DNA of 64,000 nt from the NCBI GenBank assembly GCA_010015585.1, contig ML975150.1. The stretch is one strand, 5' to 3'. The notes beneath the pieces were generated by a model. That model had not been told where the DNA came from. It ran no database searches and saw only the letters and a list, made by a program, of their open reading frames with translations. Each line of letters starts with the position of its first letter. Within the stretch, counting starts at the first letter, position 1. A program made the translations under genes and the position numbers. The DNA comes from Eremomyces bilateralis CBS 781.70. Lineage: Eukaryota. Positions 40,137 to 51,000 of the stretch are shown here, piece by piece.

Positions 40137-40496
40137 GTCGGACCGTGCAAGGGCGTTGTACTTAGATGTGGGAGAATAAGGCACATTGTATAATCTTACC
40201 GAATATAAATGGATAGAATACTGATGTGGATATGCATTGGCTCGGACGAGCTGGAGCTTTGCATGTTGAATGTCGGTGTTATTGAAGTGTTGTTCTATGG
40301 TGAAGATAATCGCATCTATCCTGGCCAACTACTCCTTTTCACTCCTCCCCGTGTCTGTTATATGGGCCACAAGTAATCAGAGCCGCATGGAAGCTTGCTC
40401 TGCCGGAGGAGCAGTTCCGCGGCGGAAATATTTTCGCAACGATTCGAACCACGGCGTGCCCGGCTGCGATGGGAGGACCGTATGCGGCATATGATC

Positions 40497-40862
40497 CTAT
40501 CCCATCCCCATCAGCAAACCGCCATCCACACCAAACCAACCAACCCCCTTCGCCTCACTCACCTCACTAAACGCCGTCCCCTCCACCCGATCCAATGCGC
40601 GAATCCGAAACTCCCGCTTCCCCATCCGCACGCACTTCACGTGAATCGGCAGCGCGCGGCGGCCGAGCACGGGGTTCGGAGTCGCGGTCTGCACCATGAA
40701 GCTGTGGATGAGGCCCGGGTAGTAGCCGAGGAGGGTGAGGAGGGTGTTCCATTGGGCGTCGGGGCCCCAGCCGCCTTGGGAGAAGATGATGCCCGAGGGG
40801 GGGAAGAAGAAGGTGCTGAGGGTGATGCTGAGTTGGATGAGGACGTCGGTCCAGTCGAGCAT
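40497..40862 (-). CDS. PMP3/UPF0057-family proteolipid with C-terminal extension
   Basis: FFFPPSGI....G..AQWNTLLTLLGYYPGLIHS matches the PP..V...NILLTLLGYLPGIIHA pattern. Confidence 0.65.
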   Translation of the reverse strand: MLDWTDVLIQLSITLSTFFFPPSGIIFSQGGWGPDAQWNTLLTLLGYYPGLIHSFMVQTATPNPVLGRRALPIHVKCVRMGKREFRIRALDRVEGTAFSEVSEAKGVGWFGVDGGLLMGMG

Positions 40863-41311
40863 CTTGGAGGAGGGGTTCGGGGGAGTGGGGGTGGGAGGTT
40901 GAGAGGTGGAGGCAGGGTGGGTCGCGTGGTTGGCGCGGAGTGGGAGTGTAAATAAAGGAGACTTGGGAGAGAGTAGTGCTCAGATGCGTGGGGTAAAAAT
41001 AAAACAAATCGAACAATATATCTGGCCGAGACGAGAGGAAGAGACTGTAGTGCACCGACTGCCGCAAGGAGAGACAGGACCAAAACATATATTGCAGTTT
41101 GGATAGCAGGGAAAGGAGATCAAGATGTACGACACCCTTTGATGAGCGACCCTCAACCCATCAGATTGAGTGCTTTCCGTTTCCTCGTTCTTTCTTCCAT
41201 AAGGCCGCGGGAAGAATCCCCAAACTGCAGGAACCGCTCATCCAATCGCCCTCGCCAACCTGATCAACGCTTTCCCATCTCCTCAATACGAACCGAAGTA
41301 CCGCAATCGCC

Positions 41312-41677
41312 TCACACCCTCCTCACCGTCCTCACCCGATACCTCCCCATCCTCGCCCTATACACCCTCCTCGGCCGATACCTCCTCATCCTCCCCACCC
41401 GCGGCCACGGGGACGCCACCGGTACGACCACCAACGGCGCGGCGCCCACATGGTGCCTCGAATAATACCCCCGCCGATAATCTGCGCGGCCCTGATAGTA
41501 CGGCGTCTGAATCAGGACGAGGATCAGGGCGTGCACGACGCCCGGCAGCCAGCAGAGGAGGCAGAGCAGGATGTTGAGGAGGAGCGCGTTGCCGAAACCG
41601 TAGAGGATGGCGACGGGGATGGGGGGAAAGAGGAAGCAGAGGAGGAGGAAGCAGAAGGTGGTGGTGGGGTTCATCAT
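41312..41677 (-). CDS. PMP3/UPF0057-family proteolipid with Arg/Tyr-rich tail
   Basis: LFPPIPVAILYGFGNALLLNILLCLLCWLPGVVHAL. Confidence 0.8.
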   Translation of the reverse strand: MMNPTTTFCFLLLCFLFPPIPVAILYGFGNALLLNILLCLLCWLPGVVHALILVLIQTPYYQGRADYRRGYYSRHHVGAAPLVVVPVASPWPRVGRMRRYRPRRVYRARMGRYRVRTVRRV

Positions 41678-41988
41678 TGGGGGAAGAGGGAGTCCGTGGT
41701 TGAGTTTGGTGAAGTGGTGGGGCGGGGGTTCGCGAAGTGGAGGAGGTCCCGTGGGTGGATGGGAGGTGGGGAGAGGTCGGAGGTGACGTTGACGGTGAGG
41801 GGGGAGCAAATGTAGCGGGAGATGATGTAGGCGACGGCGGGGATCCAGGAGAAGAAGATGAAGAGGAACGAGAGGATGAACTGGGTGAGGGTGCCGAAGA
41901 GGACGGCGATGGCTAGGGGAGGAAGGATGAGGGCGAGACAAGTGAAGATGATGTGCCTAGAACGGGACCTTTGGATGCGGGTATTCAT
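41674..41988 (-). CDS. Divergent PMP3-like proteolipid whose stop overlaps the next start
   Basis: LILPPLAIAVLFG....FILSFLFIFFSWIPAVAY: a two-helix hydrophobic hairpin with PP and WIP motifs. Confidence 0.55.
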   Translation of the reverse strand: MNTRIQRSRSRHIIFTCLALILPPLAIAVLFGTLTQFILSFLFIFFSWIPAVAYIISRYICSPLTVNVTSDLSPPPIHPRDLLHFANPRPTTSPNSTTDSLFPQ

Positions 41989-42329
41989 GCTCGAGATGAG
42001 TATTGCAGGTTCGAAAAATAAATGATCGAGGGATGGAAACGCGACGGACCTGGTGGTCGGTGGAATAATGAACTGGTATGTATAGGACAGGAGACTGTGA
42101 ACACTGGAGATGAGACAGATAGCGAGATCTATTGCGAAACCATGGTGACAGGAAGCAGCGACTCTGAAGTCTCATGAACATCGACATCGAAAAGGGCAAC
42201 GGAAGAAACTCGACAAAAATGCCCTCTTGCGATATGTATCTGTGTGCAACCTACCTCTCTATACAAGATACGGTAATATGACCATAACTTTGGCCTCCAA
42301 AACTCAAATCTAAGGTCCTCCCCCCCAGT

Positions 42330-43406
42330 CTATCCAAACGCCTTCGTCAACATTTGCTGCGCCAACTCTACCCCTAAGAACGTCGCTGCATTCGCCGGCA
42401 CCGCCCTCGCGATCGCCGGCCCGAACCCAGGGAAGAACGCCTTCACCCCTCCCTTCCCATACAGCTCTCGGATCGTCCCCGAAATCGTCGGCCGTCCCTC
42501 TGCGCTCTGCAGCCGACTCTTGATCGTATCCACGGGGAACACCGGGATCCACATCGCCACACCGGCCGCTCCGCCCGCCGCGCACACCGCCGTCAAGCTC
42601 AACTCCCCGGGATTCCCGTTCGCGTCCTTCGGCGTCAACCGCCGCTTGATATACTCGTACGAGGCGAAATACGCTGCGCTGCCGGGCCCGTCGCGCGCGA
42701 GGGTCATGGCGCTCCCGCGGAACACGCTGCGGACGCCACCCTCCTTGTACAGCTGGCGGACGACGTCGAGGCCGCCGGCGTATTTAGGCTTCTCGCCGGG
42801 GGCGAGGGTTTTCTGGCCTTGGATCTGGAGGAGGACCTTGACGCGCTCGAAGGGGGCAGTGATAAGGGTCATGGGCATGGCGGAGAAAAAGCCGGCGGCG
42901 GAGATTTGGGCGATAGAGAATTGGTTGTTTTCGACGGTGGAGAATGAGCGGACGAGTTGTTTGCCGACGTCGTAACCCCAGAAGCTGACGGCGACTGGGA
43001 GGGTTAGTTGAGGGAGTGTGAATTAGGAAGAAGGAGACGTACACATGGGCGTTACGCCGACGAGAGGTGCGGAAACACCTGCATAGAGCCCCTATCTCAG
43101 ATCAGCGTCTTGTTTGATACCATCCGATGTTCATGAACGGCTTACTCTCGCCAACCCTTCCCTTGCAATCGTCTTCCTCACGACATCGATCGCCCCGCTA
43201 TACACGCCCTTGTCCGCCGTCTGCATGCGCACCTTCACCAGATCGAACGGATGGCCCACTACCACGGCACAAAGACCGCCAACCCCGCCCGCGGCGAAGG
43301 CCCGTAGGCTCTGGAACGAATTCTTGGTCGCGACGACGACATCTTCCTTCAGCTCTTCCTTGGACGGCAGGGCGTCGGACTTGGGGAGGGAGGGAGTGGA
43401 CGGCAT
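42330..43406 (-). CDS. CRC1: Mitochondrial carnitine/acylcarnitine carrier (CRC1/AcuH-like); multi-exon
   Basis: Three MCF signatures (HPFDLVKVRMQ, APFERVKVLLQ, FPVDTIKSRLQ), plus RDGPGSAAYF and RAVPANAATF. Confidence 0.9.
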
Positions 43407-44370
43407 GGTAACCGTGGGAGGAGAGGGAGAGCGGGGAGAGTCGGAGGTGTGCTCTGCGGAATGTTTTCGCGGGGTCTTCTGGCTATCGGTACCGGAGCAG
43501 AGGGGAGAGGCGATGGGAAGATGGGGGGTGGTCGCGAGGGGTCAATTGAGTCGGACTATGGACAAGAAGGTGAGGTTCAGGTGTAGAAGAAGACGATATC
43601 ACATTGACGATGCAAAAATTCTAGCTATCCCACGACGGCATCGGCGATATCCTGGCATATCCGGAACTAATCGAGGCGTTCGGGAGTACAGACCCTGAGC
43701 GCCCTGGGATTCCCTGAAAGTCTAAGGAGGCTGGGGTTGGTTTTGCCGAAACTCGAAGCTGCTGTGGTTGGCTGGGAAGCATATGGAGAGGTCACGTGCG
43801 CATCTCACCTTTGACCTTTCCCTCGGCAAGGCAAAGATCCTCCCATCGGAATCCATCCGCCGAGTTTCTTTCTCCAGTTCCCCAGTTCTCACGTCACCCG
43901 TATCTCCAATTTTCGGTCAAATGGACATGGCCGATTGGAGGAATTCTGATAACTATCATGCGAGACCCGGTTTTCCTGTTCATGCGGATATGCTTGGTAT
44001 TCCTCTGTCGGGATTCGGGAACCCGTGATGCCGTGTCATCTCACTCAACAGCTGGTTACTATCCATTATTATATGGTACCGACATCATCGATATCTCGTC
44101 CAAGTTCCATTCCAGCAGCTTCAAATTCCGCCAATGTTAATGGTTTGAATATCAATGGCTAGGTTTAGCCTATCGAACGGTCTGAGTTCATGTCTTCAAA
44201 GTTCCTACAGTCAACTGCATTCACCTCCTTCAGTCTGTCATTCAGTGTCATATACATTTCATTGCAGTCATATCTTTCAAATCGGGTTGATATATTAAAA
44301 TTTTAATTGCTATTTTCTTTTGTAAATTCAGGTTCCGTCCGCGACACTCTCACCGACGACGCAATCCTAG

Positions 44371-44947
44371 AGCTCATCTTAGCTACAGTCCCTCTCTAGT
44401 TTCCATTCATAGGAAACAAAGAGGGCTATTACTAGATCCAGGCACTGCGTTGAGCAGCGAGTTATTTTCCTGGGTATACAGGCCACCGCTATGTCAATCG
44501 CCCGGCGCATAGCACGGTGAACATAGCGGAGTGGCCTTGGTGAGGCTCATCTTAGCTTCATTCCTCTATTTCAGGGAACTACTAGGACCTGGGCATCAAC
44601 CATAAGGTGTGAGCTCTTCACCGGGGTATATATGCCACTCTTCCGCTGTGTTGATCGCCCGGCGCGTGCTACCGCGGCACGGTGATCTAGCATAGCCTAC
44701 AACTTATCTTAGCTTTGTCCCCCTATTTCAGGAAAGTACTAGACCCAGACACCACGTTGAGGTGTAAGCTTTCAACCTGGGTTGGGCCGCACCTCCAAGG
44801 ATCGTGCAGAGGGCTGGCGGCGAACCAGCAGCAGGCTCCAGGACGATCCTGGTGGAGTGACTCCAAGAGCTTGTCTTTGCTTCTTTCCTCTAACGAGGGG
44901 GTACTAGACCCGAACACCACGTTGAGGTGCAAGCTCGTCGTTCGGGG
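44371..44947 (+). repeat. Four diverged tandem units (157-173 nt period) with a conserved predicted pseudoknot fold; candidate structured RNA
   Basis: Units start at 44371, 44544, 44701 and 44868. Shared elements are RRCTYRTCTT(A/T)GCT, TACTAG, CC.G..CA...GTTGA and GYRAGYT. Compensatory substitutions occur in two crossing helices. Confidence 0.7.
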
Positions 44948-45530
44948 AATACTGTCAGTACGAGGTAATTCCCAGGGAATTCTCTGCTTCGTTGCGCATT
45001 GTCCTAGGACTTGTGTCCTGGTTAGTGCCTGGAGAAGAAGTAAGCTCGAGAGATGTGTTTTCATTGTTCCCAATAAAGCCATTGTCCGGCCCTACCAAGT
45101 TTGCCCACGTCCAAAATTTCATTGTTCTAATTCATTCCATTTGTGTAATCACAATATTTCTGTCTTATTGGCATCCAATCTAATAATCCGAGGAGATATT
45201 GATGTGCCGGAAATGGAAAGTCAATTCGAGATTCCAATTCTTTATTGACGGACCATTCCAGCAACAACGGATGCGGAATCGTTCGCAACAAAGACAGACT
45301 CTCATGACCTCCCACCCTCCCACCCTCCCACCGAAGTTAGAATGCCTGGAAGTGGAAATGCTCTTCCTCGCCACAGAAACAGGAAAAGCAAACTTAGAGG
45401 ACCGCCAGAATATTCTCACGGTCATTCCACAGCCACTTAGGGCTCATCTCATCATCCCCTCCGTTTATATCATAAGAAAATCCCCTCCCAAGTCGGATTC
45501 TTGAGTCCCTTCACAATCAACATCACCAAC

Positions 45531-46187
45531 ATGTCCGGCACAACAAGACCGAACGTGGCCGAAGTCCAGGGTCGCCTTATTGTCGAGAGGTCCAGGCGGG
45601 AGACAGCCGAGAGTAGGCTCGTCATCGCCGCGCGAGAAATCGCGAACCTCCTCGCACAGCGAGACGAAGCCCAGGGCGTCATCACCGGGTACATGGACGA
45701 CCTCTTTACCGAACAGAGGGCCACGCACGCGCTCTCCCGTGCCGCCGACCAGATCCAGCAGCAATATGACGAAAAATGCCAGGAGATCCGAGAGATGAAG
45801 GCCAGGTTACCGCCGAAGACGCCGTGGTGGGAGGAACGCGAGGACTGGATCATCGAGGAGGATCAGTTTGGAATACGGCATTTTGTGAGGACGGAGCAGG
45901 TTGAGGGTGTGGGGGAGGTTCAGTTGAAGGATGCGGTGCCGAAGGGTTATGTGAATGCGAAGAAGACGGTCAGGATCAATGCGTCGGATCATCATGGGAG
46001 AGAGGAGAAAGGAGCCTTGCCGTATGAAGAGTGGTTGGCGGCAGAGGACGAAACCGAGGATAAAAAGACCAAGCCTAAAAATCCTAAGCCTAAAGCGAAG
46101 AGTCCCCAGCCTAAAACGTCCGGGAAGCCCAAAGCGCAAAATACAGCGCCTAAAGGGCCCGAGAAGCGTCGATCCTTCTTTAACTAA
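45531..46187 (+). CDS. Orphan protein with N-terminal coiled coil and Lys/Pro-rich basic tail
   Basis: ATG in CAACATG context, coding-like codon usage and a heptad-like helix. No known family recognised. Confidence 0.6.
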   Translation: MSGTTRPNVAEVQGRLIVERSRRETAESRLVIAAREIANLLAQRDEAQGVITGYMDDLFTEQRATHALSRAADQIQQQYDEKCQEIREMKARLPPKTPWWEEREDWIIEEDQFGIRHFVRTEQVEGVGEVQLKDAVPKGYVNAKKTVRINASDHHGREEKGALPYEEWLAAEDETEDKKTKPKNPKPKAKSPQPKTSGKPKAQNTAPKGPEKRRSFFN

Positions 46188-46529
46188 GAACCCTAGGTCT
46201 CCAAAGACGAGGTCTAGATCTAACAGCAAGAGGTTTATCCCAGGGGAGCAATAAGGATAAGGACGAGAAGGGCAGGGGTTCGGGATTTCCAGAGAATCTT
46301 GATAGCTTATATCTGAACGTCGAATGTACTGCGTACTCTATGTCTAGTTATATTGAAATGGAACTAGGAATTTCGCAACTCCAAGACACTAGCATATTTA
46401 AGCGGTTTTGAAGGACAGATGGATCTACGGTATTTTATCGGCTTAGTGTCTGAGCAATCTATTTATTCCTATAAGCTCTTCTGTTGTATTCATGCATGTC
46501 TAAGAACGAACAAGCGGTCTCGAACGAAT

Positions 46530-47542
46530 CTAGATTGTAGTGAATCGAAGATACGGCTTGACCTCCCTCACTTTGCCGAATTTCTTCTTCGCATCCTCCG
46601 TTGAGACCGTAGGCGGGACAATAACATCGTCTCCAGTCTGCCAGTCAATCGGCGTAGTCACACCTGTGCATCTATTTAGCCTTCCCAAAATCCTAAAAGT
46701 TATATAAAGCATAGAAAACTCACCCTTCGTATCCCCCGTCTGTAGCGAGTCAATCACCCGCAGAACCTCCGCAGAATTCCGTCCCGTTGACGCCGGGTAC
46801 ATCATCGTCAGGCGGATCTTCTTCTGCGGATCAATGACGAACACCGAGCGGATCGTGAACGCGATGCCCTTCTCGTCGATGTTGTCCAGATCCTGCTGGT
46901 CGACCATGTCGTACAGAAACGCGACTTTGCGGTCCGCGTCCGCGATGATCGGGAATTGCAGGTCGGTCTTGGAGACCTCGTTGATGTCTTTGATCCATCC
47001 TGCGTGGGATGATAGATCGTTGGCGGACTTAGATAGTATTAGGGTTGAATCACGAAAATAACTAGAGTGGACGACTAAAATGGGAAGGATGATGGGATAA
47101 TGATGGGGAACGGTGGCTACTTACAAGACCGATCATCTTGACTCCTCGGCTCTCGAACTCATCCTTCAACTTCGCAAAAGCACCAAGTTCCGTCGTGCAA
47201 ACGGGGGTGAAGTCCGCCGGGTGCGAGAAGAGAACGCACCACGAGCTGCCAATGAACTGGTGGAAGTCGATATCGCCATGAGTAGTCTGCGCCTTGAAGT
47301 TGGGTGCTGAACCGAATGTTAGTTCTCTTCTTTCATTTAAATTTTTAGGAAACCAAGAAAGCCTGCTGGTACATACCGACTGATCCAAGACGTAGTCGAG
47401 GTTGCTCTACAGGAGTGGTCAGGAACCTGCGTGAGATGGCAGCTCGCTGCAGTTGGAATGTTGACTGGAATTGATGGCTCAATGGGGCGCGGATGGTTGA
47501 TCGCAACACACGAGGTGCGAATCCGGATGCGTATGAAGCCAT
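46530..47542 (-). CDS. PRX1: Mitochondrial 1-Cys peroxiredoxin (Prx6 family); multi-exon
   Basis: LFSHPADFTPVCTTELG, YPASTGRN and an Arg/Ser-rich N-terminal presequence. Confidence 0.93.
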
Positions 47543-48016
47543 CGTTAGTTACCAGTTAGTGGTTTCTGCTTGAAGGTAATGTTTGACTTTGGATTATTAT
47601 CGTCCTCCATGAATCCGGTCATGCAAAGCATCATCAATAGCGCAATTTCCATAGCCCCGACTTATTTCCGGACCAATCAGGATCTGCTCTGGTGGACTTC
47701 GTCAAAGAGTAAAGAAGCAATCGATGGCAGCAAGTCGAGGTATTAGGTTAAGTCAAAGGGATATAACAGCAATTTAAACATCAGTTAAGGTTATCATTAA
47801 AGTCTTCGATATGAACGAACATTATAATTAAAGCGCAACCAACTGGCAAACCAGTAAGTGCAATTCCTATGTTGCCAAGGAGATACCCGTGGACTATGAC
47901 GGTACCCTTTTTCGCCTCTATATATCCCATACTATCAACCAGGATAGATCCCAAAATGCCAAGCATCCTATATACACACGTCCGGAATCAAACCCAACTC
48001 CACTCCCCAGCATCTA

Positions 48017-51000
48017 TCAATCCCTCAACCCAAACGCCTTCCTTAGCATCGTGAACTTCTTCTTCTTCCCCGTCCGCCCAGTGACCGGCTCGCTAGCGTG
48101 CGACCCCGTCTCATCATCGGCAAACGTTACCGATGCACCCTGTGGCGTCCCATCGGACGTGTTCGGTCGTTCCTCAGCCGCCTCGCTCCTTTTGGGCGTC
48201 GGTAGGGGCCAGGAATCGGACGGGACCCGCGGCTGCTTCGGGCGCTTGTGAAGCTTCGGGCTCCGCGAGGTCGGACTCAACGGCGTTGGTTCATCGTCGG
48301 TGTTTTTGGGTGGTTGTTTCAGCGCGGACTTCACGGGCGTGAGGGGCTGCTTGTCGGCCGATGCGACCTGAACTTGCGAGAGTGGGCTCTCGTCCTTCTT
48401 CTTGCCGAGGCCGAAGAAGCCGCGTTTCTTCTTCTGGTACTTGGCTGGCGCGTGTCTGCTTGCCTCGAGCCCGTTGGCGCCGTTCGTGGCGGGCTTGCCG
48501 TGGGCGGCGTTGATATCGTCCGAGGTCGGGATGCCGGGACGGCTCGTCGATCGGTCATCATCGCTCTCTTCGTCTTCGAGCTCGGTGCTTTCTTGGTCGG
48601 CTTCAGTGGTTCTCCTCGGAATGCCACGGACAGGAGCCAGGTCGAGCGGTGGGATGACCTCGTCTTCATCATCGGAATCGACGATTCGGGAAGTGAATGT
48701 GGCTCGCATTGGCCGGTCGTCGTCGCCCTCGTCGCTAGAATCGGCGAACCGGCTCTTGAACCTTAGTCCAGCACCCTGAGCCGCCAGAGCCGCCGGAGTC
48801 TTATTTTTCTTCTTCCCCTTCCCAAAGCCTGGGAAGAGACTCTTGGATCTAGCCGGTTTAGAAAGAGAGCTCGTATCCGACGATGCGCGCATCGTGGACT
48901 TCATCTTTCGCGAATCGCTATCCGGAGGCGAGAGCGAACGTATCCGAGCCATATGATTATTCGCTGTCGCTCGCGAGCGATCGTGGCCCGAATCACGCAT
49001 CGTCCGTCGCATCATGAACCGACCACCACCCCCCTCCAAGGACCTAGGTGGTCGACTTCGCCGAAAGCTGCTGACTGAATCGGCAGAATTGGAGCGGATC
49101 AGCGGCGGTGGTGTCGCTAGCGGTGCCGCGGGGCCGGTGGCCGCCATGGCGGAGACGGGCCGTGGCGCTGTGGTTTTCGGTGGTGACATGCGTCGCTTCT
49201 GGAATGTACCTCGCTGCTCACCTGGAGGTGGGGCGTGCTTCGATGCCGCCATGCCAGTTGTAGCGCTGGTTGGGCGCATTGACTTGCGCATGGGCGGCAC
49301 ATTCTCCGGTTCGACAGAATCCACATCGATTGCCCGCGTTGGAGCCGCTCTTGGCTGGTGACCCGGGCGCGAATTCTTTGCCTTCCTCTTCCGTGGCATT
49401 ATCTCCGTTTCCAGCGGGGTATCAGGCTCAGCCGCAGGAGGGGCATGTTGGGCATGTTGGAATTGCATCATCCCGTCCCCTAGCGCCGATGTCACAATCC
49501 CTCGCTCTCGCTCTTGTCTTTGTTGCTGGACGATATCGCTCCAATATGCCTTCTCGGCCTCCCAATCCGTCGCCCCAGGCCTCGGCCGCACATCCGGGAC
49601 ATCTGGTCCTGTCGACGATTTCGTTTGTGAGGGGCCGACCTCCGGGTTGATCAAAGTCCCTCGTCCGGTTGCGACGCTAGGATTAATCACGATGGCATCC
49701 AGCGAGGCAAACCCGCCCTCGGCATCGGAGATGTCTTCCGCGGCATCACTGTAGATACTGCTGTCGTCGGATGAATCCTCGTCTTGTACGCTAGAGGTAT
49801 CCATAATTGGAGGCGCGGGTTCTACTCTAGTTGGCGTGTTAGCTCCCCGGACATATGAGGGCTCCTTGGCGGAGAGGTCGAGTTCCGAGACCGACGCAGG
49901 AAACTCGCCGGGCATAAAATACCGTTCCTTTGATTTAGCTTGTTTTTCAGGTTTGGGGGTGGCTGGTGATATAGCGATAATGGGGACTGCATTTGAGGGC
50001 TCCGGTGTGGTCGGCTGCCCCGCCGAATCGGCCTCAGGGATGGACGGCAGAGGCACAATTTCTACCACTGGCTGCTCCTCACCTTTCGTCAGGGTGAGGG
50101 CTTTCATTGACTCCGTTACCACATCTAGGTCACTTCCAGAAGTGCTAGTGTCGGATTCGTAGCCAGTCCCCTCGACAGATGTGACCTCGGGGGCTAACGG
50201 CACGTTCGGATCAATGGCTTTCCTAGGAGCCTCAGACTCTTGTCGAACGGCAGGCTGTTTTCTGGACGCAAAATCTCGCGCGATGATCCCCGCAACAGCA
50301 TGATCATTTGAAGAGTCTAGAGATCCAATGGAATTATTCATCGACGATGACACCGTCTCCGTGACCTTTTCGGCCGGGTCGGACTCCAAATCGCGATTCC
50401 GCCTTCCGCGGATGCTTCCAAAGGATGGCAACGCAGGGCGAGGCTTCATGAACTCGTGGTCGAAATCGTCATTGTCGATCGGTGAGGAGGCGAGCGGGCT
50501 GCTCCGGCGCTCCGACTCAACATCGGGGACGAAGACGACAGCTTCTTGGTCAAAGCTGACACGGGCCCCTTTTCGTCTCCTCGGAGAGTCGGGTTGAGCT
50601 TCTGGAGAGTCGCCCGGGGCGGCTGTTGCGGTGTGCATGGTGTCCTCGGGTGACACTGCGCGAGAAGGGGAGCGTTTGAGGGCGGATTTCGCGGGCGATG
50701 CGGAACGTGGTAGAGGTTGGTGCCGGGTCGGTGTAAGAGTATTGGTCGCGAAATGAGCTTGCCGCGGTGGGCTTAGCGATGCTGCTCGGGAACTATGGGA
50801 GGATGTGGATTCGGCGCTTTCTGGATCTAAAGACGCGGGTTGTGGCCGAGGCCTGCTTCCATCAACTACCAAAGGTGGTAATGTCCTAGGCGACACCTGT
50901 TTCGTACGAAGATTATCATTGACTGCCGCCACTAGAGGCAGGTGTTCTTCGGGCTGTGGACGGAGTTCAACCGGCTTCATCGGTTGCTGCTGAGACTGCC

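Noticed and set aside
41678..41941. N-terminal His/Pro extension of the 209-aa ORF
   Set aside because: Non-ATG start; it is an off-frame reading of the upstream PMP3-like ORF.
44371..44947. Canonical HDV, hammerhead, hairpin, twister or pistol ribozyme; TPP riboswitch; CRISPR
   Set aside because: Core motifs are incomplete (no P1.1 CC/GG, no CUGANGA..GAAA core, no TPP consensus). The repeats are long and diverged with no spacers, and there are no cas genes in this eukaryote.
44715..45248. ORFs across the repeat array (177 aa +, 119 aa -)
   Set aside because: Repeat unit lengths are not multiples of three, there is no coding bias, and conservation follows base pairing.
43700..45500. Telomerase RNA
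   Set aside because: No TAACCCTAA-type template found.
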